From: Tubiluchus corallicola | Lineage: Eukaryota > Animalia > Priapulida | Direction of reading: 5' to 3' | Length of the DNA stretch: 64,000 nucleotides | Assembly (NCBI GenBank): GCA_030141605.1 | Contig: JAQGDQ010000052.1 | Span: 62,001-126,000 of the forward strand | Shown: positions 53,301-64,000 of the stretch, one piece after another | Numbering within the stretch: the first letter of the stretch is position 1 | Layout of the letters: the number at the start of each line of letters is the position of its first letter | Made by a program: the position numbers and the translations under genes | Notes under the pieces: model-generated | The model's database searches: none | Told to the model about the DNA's origin: nothing | What the model saw: only the letters and a program-made list of their open reading frames with translations

Positions 53301-56300
53301 GTAAGTTTTTAGATTTAAACTGCGTGTTTCAATAATCAAGCCTCATTCATTTGATGACCTACAGTGGGTTCTGGTGCACTTCTGGCACTTATAATTGCAA
53401 GCCTTGATGCTCCCATGTTAAACTTTTATATTTTGTCTGAAGAGAAAATTTTCATATAAGTTTGGTTTAAAATTAATATAGGTTTATTAATGAAATAGTT
53501 TTATAATCTATTGTAATAAATAAACCAGATCTCCAGTAGGGATGAAAATTTATGTGCAGCTGTTGAATACTTTCTTTTTTTCTAAAGAATGTGCTTTGAG
53601 TTAATTTTTGCATTTTTGGATGAACTTTGAGATTAAAAATGAATTGTATTCTTTGTAAAGCTAATGATGCAAACTCGGCTTTTTAATGTGCACTTGTAAG
53701 AAGTTAGTGCCCATTATAAATTTATATAAGTTTTACAATTCGGAGACCTTTGAGTTGAAGTTTTGATTATTCAACAGCAAAGTCAATTTAGTGTAGTTTC
53801 TTGTTTTCTTAAGAACACTAACAAACTGTCTTAGTGTGACTGTGTATTCCGGAGTGATTGTTGTCAGAGAATACTACACACACACAAGTCTAAAGCTTCC
53901 CTTCACTTTTGACGCTTCCTCTTGAGGGCTGTCAGAGTGGCTGTTTCATTGTGGTTTTAACTTATTGTTTACAGTGGTTTCTTGTCCTAATTGATAATTT
54001 ATTTTGGTATCCGGTAGTTTAGTACTTTTTTGTGGCTTTTCAATAGTGTCTCATTATTCACTTGTGATGTTTTTGGTTTGTTGTCAATACTGTGTCTGTT
54101 GGTACATTAGGAGAGTCCTATTCTAGCTTTTCTCATTTTAATAATTGTAAGCTAATAGTTTTTGTATTTGTGTGTAGATGTATGTAGTTGACTAGTTTTG
54201 CTACTTTTGTTATTTTATATGAAGTTTTTGACTTTGGGTGTACATTACAGTTTTTACTAATAGCTTAATACTTGTTTATATTTGTCTGTGGCATTGTGGT
54301 ATGTAGTAAAGTCTAGCCATATATGTTAACTCAATATTTAGCATTTCTTTTCTTAGAAAAGCTGGAACAATGGAGGAAACAATCACTTTTACTAACCGCT
54401 TCTTATACTGACTGCAAAATGTGTTTCGAATCAGTTTTGTTCTCTCACCTATAATGTTCTATGAGCTATGAAATAAAAATTTCACTTAACAATTTTTGCC
54501 TCTGCCATCACACAAACAATCTTTGTTAAAAAAAGCATAGTCTCTTAGGAATTAGTTTTGACAAAAACAGAAAAAAATATGGATTCAGTCTGACCAACAA
54601 GTCGTTTTAATCAAATAAGCCAAGACTGAGTGACACTTGCTTAATAATCATGCCCAAACAATTTTGCTAAACTCAGAAAAGTTTTAGTAAAAAAATGTAG
54701 AAATAATTGTTTTATGAAGGCTGTATTTGGCTCATGTTTTACATGTTATTATTTTTCAGAGACCAACCTCTTCAACGCCTACTCCAGGAGATGTAAGTAG
54801 TAGTAGTTCTTTTTTTAATACTTTTTCACTTTGTAACAATGACAACGACTAGCATATAAAAATTGAAAGAAAACTGGTGTTTGTTAAGAAGAGAAAGGCT
54901 TGTCAAAAATGTGCCTACTGAGGATGGTAGAGAAGTGGTCAAGCAAGTGCAGTAGCTGATAACTAACAGGTCTCAGTATGTGATATAAAAAAATTTTATG
55001 TGCAAAATTGAAAAAATATTCAATTTATAAATTAGCATTCTTATGGTAATGTGACTCCTGGTTTTTCTTTTGTTGCAAGTGTGGGCCATTAGCTTCAACA
55101 AATATATATATTGTTATTCATTTTCAGTTTATAGAGTTTGACACAAATGAATTTTTTGTTGCCAGTCCTGGATCTTACTCAATGGACAACTTCTCGTATG
55201 TTTACGTACCGTCAGGATGCAGAACAAAGAGCGGTAAATATTCTCAACTTAAATTACATAAAAGCAGAGCTGATTTGAAGAAATTAGAAATTTCTGCATC
55301 TTGAAGGGAAAATGTCCATTAATTAATTTAATTTACTAACACTCAATTAAAATTTACAGATAGTGTGTAACCATAGAACAATACACAATTATACAACACA
55401 ATGAAATATTGCGTTAAGAATAAATAAATTTTTGAGTGTTTTGGAGACACAAAGAGAAAAACTACTTACTTTATATTTGAGAACATTAGCAAGATCAACT
55501 AAACACAATCTTTTGCAGAATAATTTGTTGATTAAATCTCGTATAACTTAGTATGCCTCACTGTTTTTAAGAAGTTATTTTTTGTGTGCTTGTAACTAGT
55601 GTCTTCTAGAAACAAAGCTGTGCTTAGCTGCTTTTTCTGTTTTTCTCTAGCGATTTTTTATTGGACATTTTAGCTGTCAAAATTGCTATCAAAATTTAAG
55701 CAGCACTGAAGGCAAAATAAGAGTGGGTATCAAAATATAATTTAGACATTGCTGATAACCATCATATTTAAAAGTGACAAAAACGTTTGTATAGGAAAAA
55801 ATAAGCTAAGTTATTTTAAGTGTCATGGCACTGGTATCTCTAGCACATTTAACAATGCATGTACGTCTGTTGTAAAATGCAAAAAAGGCTGTTGTGTCAG
55901 AATTTTTCTCTCTTACCCACAAATGAAATACTACTGTATCAGAACTTGCATTAGCAAATTTACACAAATTGCAGTTGACTGTACATTACAAGCAGCCAAA
56001 AATAACCTTGAAATATATCAAGTAAGGAGGCAGGTAGTTTACTTTTTGAACTGTGTTTGTATAGAAACTGTGATGCCTGTATAGTGTTCCATTAGGCTGT
56101 TTGAACAATTTTGGTGTACTGAGTACTCCTGCTAATCAAATCTGTCATCTACAAGCAGGCTGCTTGCCACATGTTTCTGGGTTTTTTCAGACACATTAGT
56201 TAAATGTAATAATTAACCCTTCTGGTTAAATTTCATGAACATTATGTTTAGTCCAGGTTAGGGGTTACTAAGCAATTTTCGTACATGTTTGCAGTTATAA

Positions 56301-59300
56301 TGGTTGTTTTAGTATTGCTATTGTAACTTACAAAAACATTTCATACAAAGTATACTAACTCGGGCACCCTTTAGTTAGGGCTTCCATAGCTCATGGCTTT
56401 TGTGCAAATGAGTGAAATGATAGTGATTTCAGTTCATGGTTATCCATGTTTACTATTTGATCACAGAGCCAAAGGCAAGCCCATATGAAGCAAATTCAGT
56501 GCATGAGGCCAAATGCTAAAATGGGCCCATAGGTATTAGCGAAAAAGTCCCACTCTGACCATTCCCATAGGCATTAGCGAAAAAGTCCCACTCTGACCAT
56601 TTTTTTGTTATGCGCTAAATCAACTGTTATCCTTAAGATCCAATTGCTGGTAAAATGACGAATATTATATTGTGACTTCTATTTAATGTTTTATAAAGCC
56701 AGGCCTATAAAACTGCAAAAAACTACATATCTAGAGCTCACCTACAATGCCAGTAAAAATACATCAGTGTTACATACAATTAAAAGATTACAATTTCTAA
56801 GGTAGTGTAGTTAAAAAAACTTAACTGTAATTACAGCCACTTCACAAAGATTTGCTATTATTTATAGAAATGTAGAGCTGCTATCAATTATAGATCATAT
56901 TTTCTACAACTATATACATTTATAGAAATCTAGCACAAAGAATACTAGGTACTAGGCAGGTCTTAGGATAGGCCCTTTGGCAAGTTGTAAGGGCTTAACT
57001 ACATGAAGTTTAAAAGGCTCGTTTAAGCGCACATAAATATGAGGGGGCCAGGTCACTGCTCTCCTCCCCCACTTCTTACAGTCCTGAAAGAAGCAGCAGT
57101 AGGTTTTGGTATTCTTTTTCTTTCGAACTTCACATTGTCATGCAGTATACCCATTCTGCTAAGGAATCAAAACTGTCTTTGGTAAAGTGCAAAGAGCAAA
57201 CAGTACTGTCTGAGTATCCAATTCATTTCTATCGATCACAGGTACGAATCTGCTGTTCTTTTACAGTTTTTCCTTTGGAAAACATCAAAATGATCACATT
57301 TTGTCAGAAGTACTGTTTGAGCAGCACAAGGCAGCCTGGCAGTGAGACATTTGAAAGGCAGGAATGATTAGAAAACAGAATTTAAGATCAGAATTTAAGC
57401 ATGCTGCAATGTCCTAATAAATATACCTGTGATCTCACACTAAAACTTTCTCATGCTGTACCTCTTTAGTAAAATTGTTTTCATCTATTGCGTAAAGTAC
57501 ATTGAAAAGGTGCTGACAAACCTGTGATTTGAGCTCAACATTAAAAATACATTCAGTGCTCCTTTAAGCTCCACAAAGTGCGGCCTTAGGAATTTGTCAA
57601 TAATAAGCATTTAATCAACTTAGCCTTCTTTTTGGCCTTCTCCTAACAGTCATATTGCTGTATTTATACTGCTTGACATCACTAATATAATCTGTGTGGT
57701 GTTAAAGCTTTATTTTCACAAAATAAATAGAAAAACAAGCTGATGATGCAATGCTGCATAATTATTTGTTTGTGTAACCAAAATGGAACCAAAAGAAAAG
57801 AAGTGTGAAAAGACTGCAACAAGGAAACTTAAAATGATAATAATAGTGACACTAACATAGTACATGTGTATAATAACATGTTCTACTTGCAAATATCACG
57901 ATTCAATATTGCAATTTGTCATATTTTCAGAATGTAAAGTACATATTGCACTACATGGATGCTCACAAGGAAGGTATGAAGTATCTCGTTATTGGTTTTT
58001 AAACAACTCGATGTGGAATAGAATAATTGTCCTTTTGAAGTCAGGTTAGCTAAAGCATTTTAAAGTGATAATACGTAGCTGGTTGTTTCTTAGCTCTTCT
58101 TTCCTTGATACTATATAGCATTTTCCTGAGATGATTCAGGATTGTATTCCTAATCAGGATTCAGGATAATCATTATGATAAATATCTGAGCTGATGCCAT
58201 CTGTATTTTTTAATGTAAATAGTGCCAAAGAAGGCCAGTAGTCCATTTAGGTAAGTGGCCACATTTACAAAAAGAAAATGGGAGAACAGATCCAAAAAAT
58301 AGAATTCTTATAACTAATTTGTTGGAATGAAACAAAGTGTCTTTTGACATTGTTTCAATTTGCATCCTGTCAGACCCTATCAGATTGATAATATGACTTG
58401 CAATCTGTCAGTAGAAGCACTCAGGCATCTGCCTGATGTGGTTGTTGTGCTTCAGACAAAGCTGGATAGTGGACAAGCAAAGTCTTGGTGACTTTTTCGT
58501 TTAGACACTGATTGTTGCAACAGGTGGTAAGCAAATATTTGACACTTGCTTTGGTCTAGTGGTAAGGATAAACATTTGCGATGTTAAACTTTTTAGGTTT
58601 TTTGTATGGGTAACAGTTTGTTTACTGCTGCGATAGAACTGCAAATAGCTGAAAAGTAACCTTTTTACTAATAACTATTTGGTATTACAAATTACAAAAT
58701 TTTAACGATTTAAATTTCTTACTATTGCGTTTTATCTTTTATACCTGTAAATTTTAAGGCAGGATGAGTTTGCTAACTGTTTTTAGCATTACCATTTATA
58801 GCTCTAATGTTGATAAACATTATTCTGCATTTTTATACTGTTCAATAATTCATTGTTATTAAAATGATTCGTATTTAATATTATTTTATTTTGGAGATAG
58901 ACACACTGGTTTTTGTGCAACCATATTAGCCTTAACCAACAATCATCAACAGTCTGACTTGCAGAGACCTTATTGGCAACTTTTGACCAATTGATTTTAA
59001 TTTGTAATGCTTAAATCTCGTGAAATCAAGGAAAGGTGTTGCAGTTACCCTGCATGTTACTCAGGTGTAGACACGTAGATAGAAGTGTCCAAGACTGCTT
59101 GCTGCAGCTACGTTTGTGTATGTAAGCACACTCGCAATTGGCTAACATGGTACCTGGGGTGTGGCCTCACAGAGGTTACTTGTCCAGAAAAACAGTAAAT
59201 ACTCATTTGGTAATTTAGGAGAGCTCCAAAGATCCTACTGATTGGATGCATAATAGGATGGTAATTTGAGTAATCTGTATTCTTACTGGTGCATTTTATT

Positions 59301-60425
59301 TTATGTGCAGTGATAACAGAAGCTATTTTCTACAAAGATATGTGAATTGGTCATACATATGTTTGATAATCTGACCAGCAAAGATACTGTAGACGTGCTC
59401 ATTTTAAGGCGATTCCTGGAATACCCTCACATTGAGAGGTGTTTTACATATGGATTTGGGAAGATATGATCAACCTTTCTAAATTTAGGAATCAGTTTGG
59501 TGACAATAATTTTATTTAGGCCCACTGAGGGGGTGGTGCAGCCTGTTTTTGCAGTGTACAGGGAGCCACATACAAAAAAATTAAAAAGCACATCAGCTTT
59601 GTTTATAAAGTGAACAATATATAATTTTATGCAAGTAAAATAGTGACTTATTTTATGTACAATACATTGCATAGATTTTTGTAGTTTTTCACATGTGCTT
59701 ACTTGATAAGGTATTCCAAAACTAGCTTAATTTCATTTTACACTAGGCTACCAGCACATTTCTCTCCCTTCTGTGGACCTGTTTCTAACAGCTTCTTTAA
59801 TTACTGTATATCTTGACATTGGTACAAACATATGAGTGTAAGATTAGCCTAACTGGCAACAAAATTTACCAGGAAAAATTGCCTACAAAAGTTAGATAAC
59901 TGCAGTAGGACAATTTGATTTATTAAAAAATTAATTGTACATTTTATTTATAGGCACTCGGTTGGAGATGTATTTGCCAGGGACACAGGATATAATGAAG
60001 TTGGTGAATTGAATGACATCATAATCCTCTATCCCCAAGCAACTGATTCGACCATTCCATTCAACCCTTATGGCTGCTGGGATTGGTGGGGTTACTCCAG
60101 TGTCAACTATCGTGAGTTCTAATTGTTGCACTTCCCTGCTGAAATAACTTACTTTAAAACCGGTCACTTATAGGTGTAAATAATGCATCACTGTTTCACA
60201 TGTAGAAATGCTTGTTTGAGTTTGATCCATTTTGCGAGGTTCTGTAATGACAGAATATGTGTTACTAAATTTTATGAACAAAAAATGTAGTTAAATGAAC
60301 TAATTTAGGCATTTAGTGTTTTTAGTAACTACTTTGTATTAAAACAAAGTTTCACCTTTTCAGCAAACAAGCTTGCACCACAAATGGTTGGGATTATGCG
60401 CATGCTGGAGCGCATTCTCACATGA
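47387..60425 (+). CDS. Secreted PHB/PHA depolymerase-like esterase, copy 2; 10 exons, 335 aa
   Basis: Exons: 47387-47465, 48311-48508, 49218-49340, 50127-50218, 52830-52943, 54760-54792, 55128-55233, 57931-57973, 59954-60111, 60364-60425. Exon sizes equal those of copy 1. GISSG, GAADSV, AEHTF, LHGC and GCWDWWG are intact. A manual count gives about 58 of 335 residues different from copy 1. Confidence 0.9.
50328..51993 (+). mobile_element. pogo/Tigger-like internally deleted DNA transposon, about 1.67 kb, with a transposase C-terminal remnant
   Basis: TIRs cactagacgccgcgtaatag / ctgttaagcggcgcctactg with TA flanks. About 50800-51008 reads [29 protein letters not shown]...[11 protein letters not shown], resembling Tigger-type C-termini. 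Confidence 0.8.
56526..56601. repeat. Tandem repeat, 2 x 38 bp
   Basis: cccatagg.attagcgaaaaagtcccactctgaccatt occurs twice. Confidence 0.9.
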
Positions 60426-61211
60426 ATTTCCCTCTTTTCTTCTAAAGTTGCTGACACATCTTATACAAACAAAAAATTATAGTAAAAATTACAGAAACCT
60501 TTTCCATGTTATATCCATGCTAAGACATTGTTTCAGTAATGTAAAGTGTAGATAATAATTCCACAATAATTCTTGCACTTGAACTGAGGTAATTAAAGTT
60601 ATATGTGATTGCTTTACATTTTTTACATGTTATATACCATATACTATATATAACATATATAGTATATATAACAAACATGGTATACATAATGTTATACAAA
60701 TGTTATATATAGTATGCATGACATTTAACAAACATAGATACTCCATTGACTGTTTGTTAAATGTTTAAAAAGCATTGGGTCAGTTCTCTTAAAAAGGATT
60801 TTATAAAATTATCTGTTGCAATAATTTGATGCTTTATTAATTCCTAATTACTAATTTAGAGAGGAAGAAACATTTTGATTTCTGAATAGGCAACCTGTTA
60901 ATTACAAAAAAATGAGAGTAAACTAATAATAAAATTAACAATAATAATGCAGAGGCTTAACTGTCCAGTAAAGTACCAGTATTTGTTAAACAACGGTTGT
61001 GGTTGGTATTAGCAGTATTGTAGAAATTTTGATGGCAGCTGAATTAAACCATTTTGTCTTTTGATTTTGTGTTTTGTTTCTTTGTTCTAAATGCTGGTTT
61101 GTGCTGCAAGTTGCATGCTAGTGAAAAATATGTATAATATCTATGGTACTAAAAATTTTGAACGCGGATAGTGTCATTGAGACCTGGCTAAGTTGCACAA
61201 GACATTCAATA

Positions 61212-61268
61212 TGATAACACATGTTAAAATAAAAAAATACTATATTGATATTGATAAGGTATTGATAA
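61212..61268 (+). promoter_or_regulatory. Cluster of three TGATAA (GATA-type) motifs upstream of depolymerase copy 3
   Basis: tgataa at 61212, 61252 and 61263, which is 120-175 bp before the ATG. The AT-rich background lowers the significance. Confidence 0.3.
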
Positions 61269-61385
61269 GTGAGATTTGCATGCATCATGTGTTAATTTTC
61301 CCATAGGATTTGCACGAAATATTGTGATATAGATTTAAGACTTACAAATAGTCATTCAAGGACTGTCTCAGTGACTGAAGACAAG

Positions 61386-64000
61386 ATGGCTAATGCAGTT
61401 GTAATAACAATTGTGCTAGTTTTGTTTTCAATAGCAACGGCTGCAAAATTGGGTAAGTGGAACCTTTTTAAATCTTACACTGCAAGAATTGTTTTGCCGT
61501 CATTAATAATTATTGCTAATGAGTAACATTTTAAACAAGATAGTGTTTTAATGGTAGTTATTATTTAATACATGATTAAAGTGTTTTTTTTTTAATTTTG
61601 TGCATATCAATAATTATGGACGGAATGGAAGTAACTGCAAATTTATCTTTAGTGGTATAGAAAAGTTGACGTTTTAGAATTGGACTGATTCTTGTATTTT
61701 TAGATTGTATGTATAGTCCTAAATAGCTACTTACAGGGTTAGGCATAGTAATAGTACATTTTCTGCCATTTAATATATACACTTTTTATTTAGAAAGAAC
61801 TTGCTTTAAACAATTTGCACCTTATTTAAAAATACATTATAAATTGTTATTGTGCATATAATATTTGCAAATACCAGGTATAAAACTAGCATGAAAATAC
61901 TTACTTTATGATAATAAATTTTGTATTTCAAACAAAATGATGTTTAAAACAAATAGTTGCCATTTATTTTTCTTTTAACAGTAAGTTAGCCTCTCTGTTT
62001 CTTGTATGTAGAGCTTGAACATGATAGCCTTGCTTGCTGTCAGTGGTAAAATTTTGGGGAAAAGCTGTGCTTATTGTCTGAATGAAGCCACTTAACAAAA
62101 TACAGCTTTTCACTTAAAACACAACTCGATCACTATGTGTGCATGTCAGCAAAGACAAGTGCAACAAACTGAGGTGATATGGAATTTGAATCACTCACGA
62201 CTTCAAGTCAAACTTGGCATATTAGTCTTATCAGCAATTGGCAAGCAGCTAATACTGTCGGATGTACATGATTGCCTCATGATTGTTTTGTAAAATGGCA
62301 TTTCTGATTAGTTTAATGATGTTGTATAATAGTATATAAATGAGTGAGTGACAAATTTAGTTGAATCCATCTTTATAGCTGCTAATTTGGTTTTCATAAA
62401 CTTGTTAGGGTCAGTAGTGTATTTGACATGTTTTAGGTTATGAATACTGTTGACACTCTTGGCAGATAATGCTGTAAAAGCTTAGGGAACATTGGTTCTC
62501 ATCATTAATACTGTTAACTGATTACTGTTTGTAAAATCTTATGAAACAGGTGGTTATGGTGGGGACAGAACACAAGTTTCTGTATCAGGCATGTCGGCTG
62601 GTGCATTTTTTGCTACTCAGTATCATGTCATTCACTCAAGCAAAGTTATGGGGGCAGGAATCATTGCTGGAGGTCCATTCTGGTGTGCTAGAGGGAACTT
62701 AATGACTGCTCTTGGTGCTTGCATGACATCTCCTAACAGCATTGACAGTAAGTTTTCAAATGCATGCATAACAGTATCTAAACTGAGTAGTGATTACTGG
62801 TGTTGGTTAAGTATCACAGAATATTTAATGCAAGTATTATATCACAAGAAGTATTGATAGAGAATGCAACTAAGCACTTATTAATTCTTGATAACAGAGG
62901 AAGGTTTCTTATGTGCATGTGTTTTATTAATAACTGCAGCTCACAGTGATTTATTTAACTTATATACCTTTTTTGTAAAAAAGCCAAAGTGCCCATTAAG
63001 TCTCAAATTTCTTTTATTTTATACACAAGCTTTTGTCCTTCAGGTCTTCATCAGCTGAAATCAACTTGTATGACCTACGAAGACCATTTCACTATCTAGG
63101 CCACACAAGTTGATTTCAGCTGATGAAGTTCATGAAGAACTAAAGCTTCTGTGAAAAAAAATTGAGATACCTAATGGGCACTTTGACTTCTTCGTGAATA
63201 TGACCATGGCAAGTGTCAGAACAGCACTATCTTATTTCCAAGCTACATGTATACACTTTTTGATGTGTACACATTGGCATACTGAAAGCCGAATTGCAGC
63301 ATTAACGGCAAGATATTTATGGCATGTGATACATGTGCATATGATATTTATGACCCAAGCATGACTCAAGGATAAACGTCTAATATGAGCCACTGGACCA
63401 GCAGAGGTGCTCAACCACTTTTCGATATATATACATCATCCTTTCTGATTAAAATGGTAAATAAAACGACTCAAAGCAAGTATCACACTATTTGCAAGCC
63501 ATGATGCGTGCGTCCGTATCCACTCAGCCATGAACTATGAGTTGGGTATGTACATTGTAATTTGTGCACTAAGTGCAAAAAGCGTTGCGCTTCCTTCTTT
63601 GTATTTTTTAAGTTTTATGTCGAAGTTTAGACTCTAAAGCATGAATTGTTATGCATGTCTCAAATCTAGAATTTACACTGTCTGCAAATTAATATGTGGA
63701 AAAGGCAGTAAATTATCACTTTGTTTTAAATTGCTTTAAAATTTGTCTGATTACATTGCAATCGACTACCATAAGTTTGACATATAATTTAATTTATACA
63801 TTGAAGATCACCTGAACCTGAAAGCCCCCGAAGTGTAAATGTGAACTGAATTATAAGCAAGTAAATAAATACACATTGGAAATAGTGGTTTTAAGTCAGC
63901 TCTACATGCACAATTGTGTCATTGGCGATATCCACATTGTTTTTTAGATGGCAGACTGTTTGATCAGACAGCGACTTATGCTGCCAACAGCCAAATTGAT
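61386..64000 (+). CDS. Secreted PHB/PHA depolymerase-like esterase, copy 3 (divergent, truncated by window end)
   Basis: Exons 61386-61452 (MANAVVITIVLVLFSIATAAKL, signal-peptide-like), 62550-62747 (198 nt as in the paralogs; VSVSGMSAGAFFATQYHV...GAGIIAGGPFWCA) and 63948 to the window end (NGRLFDQTATYAANSQID). Confidence 0.85.
62981..63189. repeat. Long imperfect palindrome (foldback element) with decayed hammerhead-like cores
   Basis: Arms caaagtgcccatta / taatgggcactttg and a perfect 24-bp pair cttcatcagctgaaatcaacttgt / acaagttgatttcagctgatgaag. Confidence 0.85.

Noticed and set aside
43775-56601. Short direct repeats (49 bp and 38 bp) as CRISPR-like arrays
   Set aside because: Each has only two adjacent units with no spacers, no cas genes are present, and the context is eukaryotic.
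34955-64000. Bacterial or fungal contamination as the source of the depolymerase genes
   Set aside because: The genes have long spliceosomal introns, carry the same transposon family as the IDO gene, and have IDO pseudo-exons embedded in the array.

Overview
AT-rich, intron-rich eukaryotic DNA with GT-AG introns, most likely from an invertebrate animal. Exons were spliced by hand. On the + strand, in order: (1) a two-coding-exon RWDD2A/B-like gene; (2) a complete 14-exon, 394-aa indoleamine 2,3-dioxygenase (IDO)-family gene with an unusual distal pocket, which hosts an intronless class A GPCR in intron 6 on the same strand; (3) a tandem array of at least three secreted, intron-containing esterases with the motif order of fungal/bacterial extracellular poly(3-hydroxybutyrate) (PHB/PHA) depolymerases. 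Two of these are complete 10-exon, 335-aa genes and the third runs off the window end. Decayed remnants between copies 1 and 2 (a dead copy-3-type first exon, then dead IDO exons) record the tandem duplication that produced copy 2. The window also holds several MITEs, CR1/L2 and Tc1 fossils, a tRNA-like relic, a palindrome with decayed hammerhead-like cores, and a tentative minus-strand secreted-precursor gene. No database search was possible, so family calls rest on motif recognition.
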